The position numbers and the translations under genes were made by a program. 32,000 nucleotides of DNA, taken from Zymomonas mobilis subsp. mobilis ATCC 10988. GTDB lineage: Bacteria; Pseudomonadota; Alphaproteobacteria; Sphingomonadales; Sphingomonadaceae. The notes beneath the pieces were generated by a model. The model was not told where the DNA came from and made no database searches. It worked only from the letters and a program-made list of their open reading frames with translations. Position 1 is the first letter of the stretch; each line of letters begins with the position of its first letter. The DNA lies in NCBI RefSeq assembly GCF_000175255.2, contig NC_017262.1:1230001-1262000 (forward strand), read 5' to 3'. Shown here piece by piece: positions 8,244 to 16,756 of the stretch.

Positions 8244-10514
8244 ATGGTTTTTGATGTTGATTTGATCCAGCGTGTTTATCAGGGCTATCGTGATAAAATC
8301 CATAAAATACAAATCGCATTAGGTAAGCCGTTAACGCTGACAGAGAAAATACTCTATGCCCATTTAGCTGAAGGCGAAGTACTTAAGCCTTATCGACGAG
8401 GCGTTGATTACGTTAACTTCGCCCCTGATCGGGTCGCGATGCAAGATGCCACCGCCCAGATGGCGTTATTGCAGCTTTTAAATTCTGGACGGGACAAGGT
8501 TGCTGTTCCCTCTACGGTTCATTGTGATCATCTGATTTTAGCCTATAAAAACGCCCATGATGATCTGATCGCAGCAGAAAAGAGCAATCAGGAAGTCTAC
8601 AGCTTTCTAAAAGACGTTTCGAATAAATATGGTATCGGTTTTTGGAAACCGGGCGCAGGTATCATTCATCAGGTCGTGTTAGAAAATTATGCATTCCCTG
8701 GTGGGATGATGATTGGAACCGACTCCCACACTCCCAATGCAGGCGGTCTTTCGATGATTGCTATTGGCGTTGGCGGCGCGGATGCCGTTGATGTGATGGC
8801 TGGTTTGCCATGGGAACTGAAAATGCCCCAGATTATCGGGGTAAAATTGACGGGTAAATTGTCAGGATGGGCTTCTGCTAAGGATGTTATCCTAAAACTT
8901 GCTGGTATTTTGACCGTCAAAGGTGGCACCAATTCAATTATTGAATATTTTGGCGATGGCGCCGCCGCTCTTTCCGCGACCGGAAAGGCAACAATCTGCA
9001 ATATGGGGGCAGAAGTTGGGGCTACGACTTCGATTTTCCCATTCGATCAGAAATCTGTTGATTATCTGAAAATGACTGATCGTAGTGAAATTGCTGATCT
9101 TGGGCAGTCTCTAGAAGACTGTTTCAGAGCCGATGACGCGGTTTTGGCTGATCCTGCTTCTTATTACGATCGCGTGATTGAAATTGATCTCAGTAGCCTT
9201 GAGCCTTACGTCAATGGTCCTTTCACGCCTGATCTCGCATATCCTGTATCAGAATTTGCCAAAGCAGTTGCCGAGCATGGCTATCCTGAAAAGATGGAAG
9301 CAGGCCTTATCGGTTCTTGCACCAATTCTTCTTATGAAGATTTAAGCCGAGCAGCCTCGATTATTGAAAATGCAAATTCTTTGGATCTTAAGGTTAAATC
9401 CCAGCTTATTATCAATCCGGGTTCCGAACAGGTCAAAGAAACAGCCGAGCGCGATGGTCTGATTGGCGATTTTGAACAGGCTGGTGCCGTTATTATGGCC
9501 AATGCTTGCGGCCCTTGTATCGGTCAATGGCGGCGTGAAGGCGCTGATAAAGCGCCAAAGAATTCTATTGTCACTTCTTTTAACCGCAATTTTGCAAAAA
9601 GAAATGATGGCAATCCCAATACTTATGCCTTTGTTTGCTCACCGGAGATGGTTGCGGCCTTTTCAATCGCGGGGAGCTTAAACTTTAACCCGCTTAAAGA
9701 TACCCTAACCAATGAAAAGGGTGAGCAGGTAAAACTGGCAGAACCGATTGGCGATGAATTGCCGAAGAAGGGCTTCACCCTTAAATCAGCAGGTTATATT
9801 GCGCCTGTCAAAGATGGCAGCCAGATTAAGGTAACTGTCGCACCAGATTCCGAGCGTCTGCAATTACTGGCACCTTTTGCGCCTTGGAATGGCAAAGATA
9901 TTATCAATCAGCCTTTGCTGATTAAGGTGACGGGTAAATGCACGACTGATCATATCTCTATGGCAGGTGTCTGGCTGCGTTACCGTGGCCATTTGGATAA
10001 TATTGCCAATAATATGCTGATTGGTGCGGTAAACGCCTTTAACCATAAAACCAATTCTGTGATTGATCCTGAAACAGGCGACTATATGGCTGTCCCTGCT
10101 TTGGCTAGAAAATATAAAGCCGAAGGTTTAGGCTCGATTGTTGTTGCCGAAGAAAATTATGGTGAAGGTTCATCGCGCGAACATGCGGCGATGGAACCGC
10201 GTTTTCTTAATGTGAAGGCGATTATTGTTAAATCTTTTGCCCGCATTCATGAAACCAACTTGAAAAAGCAAGGCATGTTGGCGCTGACTTTTGTCAATAA
10301 AGCCGATTATGACAAAGTCCAAGAAGAAGACAAAATCAGCATTTTAGGTTTAACCTCTTTTGCACCGGGTAAGAATTTAACGGTTCAGTTGACCCATAAA
10401 GACGGCTCCACAGAGTCTTTTGAAGTGAGCCATACCTATAATCAGACACAGATTGAATGGTTCCGCGCCGGTAGTGCACTGAATAAATTAAAGTCTGAAT
10501 ATAAAGCCTCATAA
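8244..10514 (+). CDS. acn: Aconitate hydratase, short 'mitochondrial-type' (about 756 aa) form
   Basis: 756 aa. [39 protein letters not shown] and [11 protein letters not shown] (the three Fe-S Cys ligands) match the mitochondrial aconitase pattern as I remember it. The length is well below AcnA/IRP (~890 aa) or AcnB (~865 aa). Confidence 0.9.
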   Translation: MVFDVDLIQRVYQGYRDKIHKIQIALGKPLTLTEKILYAHLAEGEVLKPYRRGVDYVNFAPDRVAMQDATAQMALLQLLNSGRDKVAVPSTVHCDHLILAYKNAHDDLIAAEKSNQEVYSFLKDVSNKYGIGFWKPGAGIIHQVVLENYAFPGGMMIGTDSHTPNAGGLSMIAIGVGGADAVDVMAGLPWELKMPQIIGVKLTGKLSGWASAKDVILKLAGILTVKGGTNSIIEYFGDGAAALSATGKATICNMGAEVGATTSIFPFDQKSVDYLKMTDRSEIADLGQSLEDCFRADDAVLADPASYYDRVIEIDLSSLEPYVNGPFTPDLAYPVSEFAKAVAEHGYPEKMEAGLIGSCTNSSYEDLSRAASIIENANSLDLKVKSQLIINPGSEQVKETAERDGLIGDFEQAGAVIMANACGPCIGQWRREGADKAPKNSIVTSFNRNFAKRNDGNPNTYAFVCSPEMVAAFSIAGSLNFNPLKDTLTNEKGEQVKLAEPIGDELPKKGFTLKSAGYIAPVKDGSQIKVTVAPDSERLQLLAPFAPWNGKDIINQPLLIKVTGKCTTDHISMAGVWLRYRGHLDNIANNMLIGAVNAFNHKTNSVIDPETGDYMAVPALARKYKAEGLGSIVVAEENYGEGSSREHAAMEPRFLNVKAIIVKSFARIHETNLKKQGMLALTFVNKADYDKVQEEDKISILGLTSFAPGKNLTVQLTHKDGSTESFEVSHTYNQTQIEWFRAGSALNKLKSEYKAS

Positions 10515-10579
10515 TTGGGGTGAAGAAAGCGGGGCTATCGCCTCTTTTGAGGCAGATAGGCCTGCTATGAGGAATAGTG

Positions 10580-11842
10580 ATGAGTGAAAAAATAACGTTT
10601 ACCGAAGGTAAATTACAGGTTCCCGATTATCCCGTTATTCCTTTTATTGAAGGCGATGGTGTCGGACCCGAAATCTGGCAATCTGCTCAGACGATTTTCG
10701 ATAAAGCCATCGAAAAGGCTTATGGCGACAAACGCCGCGTTGAATGGAAACAGGTTTTAGCTGGCGGCAAGGCTTTTGACCAAACAGGCTCATGGATGCC
10801 TGATGGAACGATGACTGCCTTCAAAGACTATCTTGTCGGTATTAAAGGCCCTCTGACAACGCCTATCGGCGGCGGTATTCGTTCTTTAAATGTAGCTTTG
10901 CGGCAGGAACTGGATCTCTTTGTTTGTTTGCGCCCAGTTCGCTGGTTTAAAGGTGTCGAAACACCGGTCAAACACCCTGAAAAAGTCAATATGACTATTT
11001 TTCGGGAAAATACCGAAGACATTTATGCGGGTATTGAATGGCTGGAAGGCACGGATGATGCCAAAAAGCTTTATAAATTCTTGCATGAAGAAATGGGCGT
11101 TACCAAGGTCCGTTTCCCTGAAACCTCTTCTTTCGGCATCAAACCCGTTTCTATTGACGGCTCTGAACGGCTTGTTCGTGCGGCTATCGAATATGCTATT
11201 GCCCAGAAAGCACCATCGATTACCTTGGTGCATAAAGGCAATATCATGAAATTCACAGAAGGCGGCTTTAAACAATGGGGCTATGCCTTAGCTGAACGTG
11301 AATTTGGCGATAAACTTTTTACGATGAACCAATATGATCAGCTGAAAAAGGCACAAGGTGCCGAAGCTGCTGACAAGGCTTTGCAGGCGGCCAAGGCTGC
11401 TGGAAAAATTATCGTTAAAGATGTGATTACCGATGCCTTCTTGCAGAATACTCTTCTGAAACCTGAAGATTATTCGGTTATTGCAACCATGAATTTGAAC
11501 GGCGATTATATCTCCGATCAGTTGGCCGCCATGGTTGGCGGTATTGGTATCGCACCGGGTGCTAATATCAACTATGCCACCGGACATGCGATCTTTGAAG
11601 CGACCCATGGCACGGCACCGGATATCGCTGGGGAAGATAAGGCTAACCCGTCTTCGCTGTTACTGTCAGGTGCCATGATGTTTGACTATCTTGGATGGTT
11701 CGAAGTCGGCAAGCTGATTAGTCAGGCTATGGAAAAACTGTTCCAGAAGAGACATGCTACGGTTGATTTGGCGCGATTCATGCCAGAAGGCGTTGCGCTG
11801 CCTACCAGCCAATTTACAGAAGAGATGGTGGCCCATCTATAA
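10580..11842 (+). CDS. icd: NADP-dependent isocitrate dehydrogenase (homodimeric, E. coli-like)
   Basis: About 420 aa. [34 protein letters not shown] and the C-terminal [17 protein letters not shown] are IDH signatures. I chose the ATG at 10580, with GAGGA 6 nt upstream; the tracked ORF starts one codon earlier at GTG 10577. Confidence 0.92.
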   Translation: MSEKITFTEGKLQVPDYPVIPFIEGDGVGPEIWQSAQTIFDKAIEKAYGDKRRVEWKQVLAGGKAFDQTGSWMPDGTMTAFKDYLVGIKGPLTTPIGGGIRSLNVALRQELDLFVCLRPVRWFKGVETPVKHPEKVNMTIFRENTEDIYAGIEWLEGTDDAKKLYKFLHEEMGVTKVRFPETSSFGIKPVSIDGSERLVRAAIEYAIAQKAPSITLVHKGNIMKFTEGGFKQWGYALAEREFGDKLFTMNQYDQLKKAQGAEAADKALQAAKAAGKIIVKDVITDAFLQNTLLKPEDYSVIATMNLNGDYISDQLAAMVGGIGIAPGANINYATGHAIFEATHGTAPDIAGEDKANPSSLLLSGAMMFDYLGWFEVGKLISQAMEKLFQKRHATVDLARFMPEGVALPTSQFTEEMVAHL

Positions 11843-11850
11843 ATTTTAAA

Positions 11851-11885
11851 ATTCCGGCTGCCTGATTTAGGTGGCCGGAATTTTT
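11851..11885 (+). terminator. Intrinsic terminator after icd
   Basis: ATTCCGGC (11851-11858) pairs with GCCGGAAT (11874-11881). It is preceded by AAAA and followed by TTTTT, so it could act on either strand. Confidence 0.75.
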
Positions 11886-11904
11886 ATTAAAAATAAATAA
11901 CTAC

Positions 11905-11927
11905 AGAAAATGCCTTTATGAAAGGCA
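11905..11927 (-). terminator. Intrinsic terminator after trpC
   Basis: The minus strand reads TGCCTTT-CAT-AAAGGCA followed by TTTTCTG. It begins 24 nt after the trpC stop. Confidence 0.65.
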
Positions 11928-11950
11928 GATTATCCTATCGTCAAAAGTCT

Positions 11951-12745
11951 TTAGGATAATCCCAATAAATCCTTTGTGGCTTTTCTCAGATCATCTTGCC
12001 GCATTAAAGTTTCACCTACTAAAAAACAGCCAATGTCATGACGCTGCATAGCCACCAAATCATCATGATTGCGGATACCGCTTTCCGCAACAAAGGTGCA
12101 ATCTTTGGGGGCTGAACCCACTAATTCATAGGTGCGGTCAAAACTGACCGAAAAGTCTCGCAAATCGCGATTATTGACGCCAATAAGACGGGATTTCAAT
12201 TTTAACGCCCGCTCCATCTCATCATGACTATGGACTTCTACCAAAGCATCCATGCCATATTCTAAAGCGGCGGCTTCAATATCCTGCATCTGTTGATCGT
12301 CCAAGGCCGCAACGATAATCAAGATCGCATCGGCACCGATGGCTCTAGCTTCGGTTACCTGCCACGGGTCAATCATAAAATCTTTACGAAGGACGGGTAA
12401 CTTTACCGCTTGTCTGGCCGCGATTAAATAATCTTCATGGCCTTGGAAATAGGGGCGATCTGTTAAAACGGATAAACAGGCTGCACCGCCTTCTTCATAG
12501 TCACGGGCATGGGCTGCTGGTGTAAAATCAGAACGGATTAACCCTTTTGAAGGGCTAGCTTTTTTGATTTCTGCAATAAGCCCGAATTGCCCTCGCGCTC
12601 TCTTTTTTTCTAGGGCAGCTCGAAAACCACGGGGTTGCGTCTGTGCCTTTATCAAATCAAGAAGGGCATTATTCCCAATCTGTTTTTTTCGTTCTGCCAC
12701 GAATTCTGCCTTGGTGGCGCAGATCTCTGTAAGAATATTTGACAT
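11951..12745 (-). CDS. trpC: Indole-3-glycerol-phosphate synthase
   Basis: 264 aa. The motifs [30 protein letters not shown] and VAESGI are typical of TrpC. There is no adjacent trp gene. Confidence 0.93.
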   Translation of the reverse strand: MSNILTEICATKAEFVAERKKQIGNNALLDLIKAQTQPRGFRAALEKKRARGQFGLIAEIKKASPSKGLIRSDFTPAAHARDYEEGGAACLSVLTDRPYFQGHEDYLIAARQAVKLPVLRKDFMIDPWQVTEARAIGADAILIIVAALDDQQMQDIEAAALEYGMDALVEVHSHDEMERALKLKSRLIGVNNRDLRDFSVSFDRTYELVGSAPKDCTFVAESGIRNHDDLVAMQRHDIGCFLVGETLMRQDDLRKATKDLLGLS

Positions 12746-13153
12746 CGGTGATCCGTGAAAAGGGGAGAGTTGAAATCTGCTATATCCATTTTTAAAAATG
12801 AACTGATAGATAGATTTTTGAAAATATCCTTTCCCATAAGGGATAATCAGCCGATCTTAAAGCTGATCTTTAGAAGTCTTAGTATAAAGAAATTATCCTT
12901 CACTTCATCATTTGAAGTGAAATTTTGGTCATATTATCGGCAATATTCCTGATATTTTGACGATCGGGCTCAGCCTTGCTAAATCCCAAAACCTTGATCT
13001 TGCCCAAAAAACTGAATTGATATTTCCCATCGCAGATTTTCCTTCGAGGAAGCCGGATAAATAGAGCTAAAATCTTTCGGTAAAATTTTGAGCTCTGGTA
13101 AAAGATGGCAATCTCAATTCTTCGGCAAGGCCTAGCATTTTTAAGGATACCCG

Positions 13154-14596
13154 ATGACCAGCGCAAAGAGTCCAAAAGCAAACCTGCCCGTTTACGTTAC
13201 ACGAGAATTATTGGCGGGTATGGTAGCGACCTTCGCGCTTATTCCAGAAGTCATTGCTTTTAGTTCGGTTGCAGGCATTAATCCGCAAGTCGGATTATAT
13301 GCGTCTTTTGTCATTGGTCTTGTTATTGCTTTTTCGGGCGGAAGGCCTGCCATGATTTCGGCGGCTGCCGGTTCGGTTGCCTTAGTTGCAGCGGCGTTGG
13401 TTCATGGCCATGGATTACAATATTTGTTAGCCGCCGGTATTCTTGCTGGGGTGTTCCAAATTATTTTTGGTCTGCTGCGGTTATCTATTCTGATGCGTTT
13501 CGTTGCTCGTCCAGTGCGGACGGGATTTGTTAATGCTTTGGCTATTCTGATTTTTTCAGCCCAGCTTCCCCAAATATTGGGCGCGAATACCCAAGGGCTG
13601 ATTTTGATCGGGCTTGGGCTAGTGATTATTTATGCCGCGCCCCGTTTAATTCGCAGCATTCCATCGCCCTTGATTGCGATTGTTATTCTCACTCTGATTT
13701 CTCATTTCTTCCATTTACAGGTAAAAACTGTCGCCGAATTAGGACAATTACCGCTTACTTTGCCCCATTGGGCATTGCCGAATGTTCCCCATAATTGGCA
13801 GACCTTGCAGATTATCTTGATGCCAGCCTTGGCGATAGCGATGGTCGGGCTATTGGAATCGATCATGACCGCTTTTGTGGTAGATGATCTGACCGATAGC
13901 AGCAGCGATAAAGATAGGGAATCATGGGGATTAGGCATTGCCAATATCGCTGCCAGCCTTTTCGGGGGCATTGCGGGATGTGGTATGATCGGACAGACCG
14001 TTGGTAATGTCCGATATGGGGGCAGGGGGCGACTATCTACTTTTGCCGCTGGCATGTTTTTGATGATTTTTATGCTAGGACTTCGGTCTTGGGTATCTGA
14101 AATCCCTGTGGCTGCCTTGGTCGCTGTTATGGTGATGGTTTCTATCAGCACCTTTAACTGGCAATCTTTCTCGGATATTAAACGGCAGCCGAAACTTTCA
14201 ATTATCGTGATGATCGCAACAGTGCTGGTTACTGTCCTGACTCATAATCTAGCTGCCGGTGTCATTGTTGGGGTGCTGTTAAGCAGCTTATTCTTTGCCT
14301 TTAAAATTGCGTCTTTAATCAAGGTAAAGGCTGTTGATGAAGAGAATAAGCGTATCTACCAAGTCAGGGGACAGGTTTTCTATGCCTCTGCCGATATGTT
14401 TATTGATGCGTTTGATATGAAGGATATTGAGGGACGTTCGGTAACGATTGACCTGACGCATGCCCATTTATGGGATGTAACTGCTGTAGAAGCCTTTCAA
14501 AAGGTGCAGGAGCGCTTTAGCCATCACAAAGCAGAGTTGACGGTTATTGGCCTGAATAAAGCCAGTTCAGTTTTGATTGATAAGCTAACAGATTGA
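13154..14596 (+). CDS. SulP-family anion permease with C-terminal STAS domain
   Basis: 480 aa with about 10-11 hydrophobic segments. The C-terminal ~100 aa (IYQVRGQVFYASADMFIDAF....VTIDLTHAHLWDVTAVEAF) has the STAS/anti-sigma-antagonist-like pattern. The substrate cannot be inferred. Confidence 0.85.
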   Translation: MTSAKSPKANLPVYVTRELLAGMVATFALIPEVIAFSSVAGINPQVGLYASFVIGLVIAFSGGRPAMISAAAGSVALVAAALVHGHGLQYLLAAGILAGVFQIIFGLLRLSILMRFVARPVRTGFVNALAILIFSAQLPQILGANTQGLILIGLGLVIIYAAPRLIRSIPSPLIAIVILTLISHFFHLQVKTVAELGQLPLTLPHWALPNVPHNWQTLQIILMPALAIAMVGLLESIMTAFVVDDLTDSSSDKDRESWGLGIANIAASLFGGIAGCGMIGQTVGNVRYGGRGRLSTFAAGMFLMIFMLGLRSWVSEIPVAALVAVMVMVSISTFNWQSFSDIKRQPKLSIIVMIATVLVTVLTHNLAAGVIVGVLLSSLFFAFKIASLIKVKAVDEENKRIYQVRGQVFYASADMFIDAFDMKDIEGRSVTIDLTHAHLWDVTAVEAFQKVQERFSHHKAELTVIGLNKASSVLIDKLTD

Positions 14597-14670
14597 TATT
14601 CATCAGTAGGACGGCAGAAGCGCTAAAAGAGACTTTTGCTGAAAATCAGTGTGGGAAATACATAGATAGA

Positions 14671-14689
14671 AAAAGCCATGATGGCTTTT
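14671..14689. terminator. Bidirectional intrinsic terminator (sulP on +, ssrA on -)
   Basis: AAAAGCC (14671-14677) pairs with GGCTTTT (14683-14689) across loop ATGAT. The A and T tracts are symmetric, so a U run follows on both strands. Confidence 0.7.
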
Positions 14690-14810
14690 GATAATAGAAA
14701 TGGGAAGCTTCTGTTGCCCGGTGCTTCCCGAACCGCTGGAATCTGCTTCTGTTGCCCGGTGCAGCCCAACCGCGCTCTTACTTAGTAATGTCTACCCGTG
14801 AAGGTTTCCA

Positions 14811-14846
14811 TTACGCAGCAACAGCGAGTACCTCGTTATCGTTGGC
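14811..14846 (-). other. tmRNA proteolysis-tag reading frame, ANDNEVLAVAA*
   Basis: GCC AAC GAT AAC GAG GTA CTC GCT GTT GCT GCG TAA, read on the minus strand. The ANDN...A.AA pattern matches alphaproteobacterial tags as I remember them. Confidence 0.8.
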
Positions 14847-15064
14847 ACTTATAAAAATGATCGGTTTAACGGCTCAATCACGCCGGATGGCAATCAAGTC
14901 TTTACTACACACGTCGATCCTGTTTCGCCCCCATCAACAACAGTGGCTTGCTATCCGCGGCTGTTGGTGGAGGCGCCGGAGTACTGCCCTCCGGGTCCGT
15001 CGAGTCTATTTCACTTAACAGTCTACCATCGTAGTCACCGAAGTGACGCTCTCTAGCTAAGGTC

Positions 15065-15091
15065 GGACAGCCATAAAGGCAATAGCTGTCC
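15065..15091 (-). other. Hairpin between the CLC stop and ssrA
   Basis: GGACAGC pairs with GCTGTCC (7 bp, 13-nt loop), 9 nt after the CLC TAA. No U tract follows on the minus strand. Its function is unclear; it could be a weak terminator or overlap the ssrA promoter. Confidence 0.4.
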
Positions 15092-15099
15092 GTAAATTT

Positions 15100-16539
15100 T
15101 TATAAAAACTTTGCATGATCACTTGCAGCAGTCGCTTCTTCTTTGGCTTTCTCCGCTGGATTCGGCTCTTTTTCTGATGGATCAATTTTAGCAAAGATCA
15201 AAGGATCACTGGCAGGTGTCCACCAATTTCTCTGCAACATTTTGAGGCTTTGTGCCAAAATTGTGTCTGAACGAATATCCGGTTTTTCTGTGCCGATGGT
15301 TTGGGATAAATAAATCCCTGAATATCCGCTAAAGATATAAGCGGTGCAACATCCGGCGGCGAAATAAACGATGTTATCGGCTCCGAACATCTCTACCCCC
15401 ATGATAATACAGGCGAGGGGCGTGTTAGCAGCGGCACCAAAGACAGCAATAAAACCAATGCCAGCAAAAAGATCGACAGGCGCGCCAATGATATGGGCAA
15501 TGGTGCTACCCAAGGCGGCTCCGACAAAGAAAAGGGGCGTTACCTCACCCCCCTTAAAACCAGTGCTAAGAGTAACCACTGTAAAGATAAATTTGAGTAA
15601 CCAACTCCAATAATGATGCTGTTGGGGGTCAAAAAAACTACCTAACTGTAATCCATTAGGTTGAGCTGCAATCGTTCCTATACCAAGATAGTCTCTCGTT
15701 CCGGTAATATAAACGAGAGCAATCACAATAAGACCGCCCGTAAAACTGATAAGAGGTGCCGATGGAATAACTTTTTTAAACCATTGGGCGCTATTGGCGA
15801 GACTTTCCGAAAAGAGGCGGGCGATAACACCAAAGGCGATTGAGGCCAGAATAACTTTAAAAAAGAGAATAATATTTAATTGGAAATGCCCCATCTGGCT
15901 AAAGGAGGCCATGCTATAACGCAGATGATCCATCCCCCAAAGGCGACAGACCCAGTCACCCAAGATCGCCGCTGTTAAAGCTGGAATAAGCGCGCGATAT
16001 TCTAATCGACCAATAACCGGCACTTCTAGGGCAAAGATCGCTCCCGTGACAGGCGTTCCAAAAACAGCACCAAAACCGGCGGCAATACCTGATATCAGGA
16101 GCAAGCGAATATCTTTTTTATCAAGCCCTGCGATTTTGCCTATGCCGCTGGCGATACTACCGCCTAACTGGACAGCCGTGCCTTCTCGACCTGCCGAGCC
16201 ACCAAAAAGATGAGTTATAACGGTCGATATAAAAATAAGGGGTGCCATTCGTAACGGGACACCTACATTCGGCTTATGAATCTCTTCCAAAATGAGATTA
16301 TTTCCACCAGCCGCCAATTTACCGTAACGGCTGTAAAGCCATGAAGTGATAAAACCAGCAATAGGCAATCCGAAAAGAAGCGCTGGATAGAGAAAACGCG
16401 TTTTTGTCGCCCATTCCAATGACCATAGGAACAGGGCACAACAACTGCCGATAATAGCTGCCAATGGGAAAATGATAGCGAGCCATTTAAACAGCAAAAT
16501 AAGCCGATAGGGTTTGTATTTTAAAAATAACTGATACAT
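15100..16539 (-). CDS. CLC-family anion transporter with the CLC-F (fluoride/proton antiporter, EriC-F) motif set
   Basis: GGNNLILEE replaces the GSGIPE of Cl- CLCs. GREGTAVQLG and GGEVTPLFFVGA replace GIFAP. I remember these as the CLC-F signatures. I chose the start at ATG 16539 (MYQLFLKYK...), with AAGGA 7 nt upstream. In-frame ATGs at 16590 and 16614 remain possible. Confidence 0.8.
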   Translation of the reverse strand: MYQLFLKYKPYRLILLFKWLAIIFPLAAIIGSCCALFLWSLEWATKTRFLYPALLFGLPIAGFITSWLYSRYGKLAAGGNNLILEEIHKPNVGVPLRMAPLIFISTVITHLFGGSAGREGTAVQLGGSIASGIGKIAGLDKKDIRLLLISGIAAGFGAVFGTPVTGAIFALEVPVIGRLEYRALIPALTAAILGDWVCRLWGMDHLRYSMASFSQMGHFQLNIILFFKVILASIAFGVIARLFSESLANSAQWFKKVIPSAPLISFTGGLIVIALVYITGTRDYLGIGTIAAQPNGLQLGSFFDPQQHHYWSWLLKFIFTVVTLSTGFKGGEVTPLFFVGAALGSTIAHIIGAPVDLFAGIGFIAVFGAAANTPLACIIMGVEMFGADNIVYFAAGCCTAYIFSGYSGIYLSQTIGTEKPDIRSDTILAQSLKMLQRNWWTPASDPLIFAKIDPSEKEPNPAEKAKEEATAASDHAKFL

Positions 16540-16630
16540 CTGGCATCCTTTAATCAAGGAGCCAAACCGTGTTCCGCCAAGAACGATCATCAGCAGGCAT
16601 GACTCCTCAATCATAAAAATATGTTTGAGC

Positions 16631-16692
16631 AGGAGTCATCAGCCTAAAGGGCGGTTCGATCCATAGAAAGGATCAGGTAGATTCCATTACCT
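16631..16692 (-). promoter_or_regulatory. Candidate fluoride (crcB-motif) riboswitch aptamer
   Basis: The minus strand reads A-GGUA-AUGGAAUC-UACC-U, then GAUCCUUUCUAUGGAUC (an extra hairpin), then GAACCGCC-CUUUA-GGCUGAUGACUCCU. The P1 stem covaries with remembered examples (GGCG/CGCC, GGAG/CUCC). The AUGG loop, AACCGCC, the small P3 and CUGAUGA are present. The pseudoknot GGAAU:ACUCC has one A-C mismatch. A CLC-F gene lies downstream. Confidence 0.6.
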
Positions 16693-16697
16693 TATCT

Positions 16698-16728
16698 ATA
16701 TTAAGGCCAAAATAATGCCAAAAGTCAA
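16698..16728 (-). promoter_or_regulatory. Sigma70-like promoter candidate for the riboswitch-CLC transcript
   Basis: On the minus strand TTGACT (16728..16723) is followed after 18-19 nt by TTAATA/TAATAT (16704..16698). This places a start site at the first aptamer nucleotides. Confidence 0.4.
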
Positions 16729-16756
16729 GTCAGTGGATAATGGAAATGGTCATTCC

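Larger units (their letters stand above)
14670..15055 (-). ncRNA. ssrA: Circularly permuted (two-piece) tmRNA gene; the acceptor piece precedes the coding piece
   Basis: On the minus strand the T-arm-like CCGGAG-GGCAGTA-CTCCGG (14994..14976) is followed by CGCCTCC-A-CCA (14975..14965). A 32-nt spacer (14964..14933) comes next. Then GGGGGCGAAACAGGATCGACG starts at 14932, and its first 7 nt pair with CGCCTCC including a G3-U wobble. The tag frame lies at 14846..14811. The outer ends are approximate. Confidence 0.88.

Noticed and set aside
7715-11950. Calling the tRNA-Ser-adjacent acn-icd segment a genomic island or mobile element
   Set aside because: I could find no integrase, no transposase and no direct repeat of the tRNA 3' end by eye. 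It is kept only as a horizontal-transfer hypothesis, not annotated as a mobile element.
13100-13153. Possible sigma-54 promoter (TGGCAATCTCAATTCT) upstream of sulP
   Set aside because: The -24 GG is present, but the -12 element lacks the conserved GC (TTGC). It does not fit TGGCAC-N5-TTGCW.
12900-13181. 93-aa basic ORF on the minus strand in the trpC/sulP spacer
   Set aside because: It overlaps the sulP start on the opposite strand. It has no SD and no recognisable motif. It is AT-rich intergenic DNA.
14752-15018. 88-aa + strand ORF (MPGAAQPRSYLVMSTREGF...) in the sulP-CLC gap
   Set aside because: It lies entirely antisense to the region that folds as the permuted tmRNA (acceptor stem, T arm, CCA, tag frame). 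It has no SD and no recognisable protein features.
14700-15095. Possible RNase P RNA on the minus strand (GTAAGAGCGCGG resembles the GGUAAGAGCGCACC segment of M1 RNA)
   Set aside because: The universally conserved GAGGAAAGUCCGG and ACAGAAxCCGGCUUA blocks are absent. The same interval is fully explained by the tmRNA elements.
16540-16614. 25-codon N-terminal extension of the CLC ORF (start at ATG 16614, MIEESCLLMIVLGG...)
   Set aside because: ATG 16614 sits in the loop of the riboswitch expression-platform hairpin with no SD. ATG 16539 has a well-spaced AAGGA and starts right before the first transmembrane helix. ATG 16590 is kept as an alternative in the findings.
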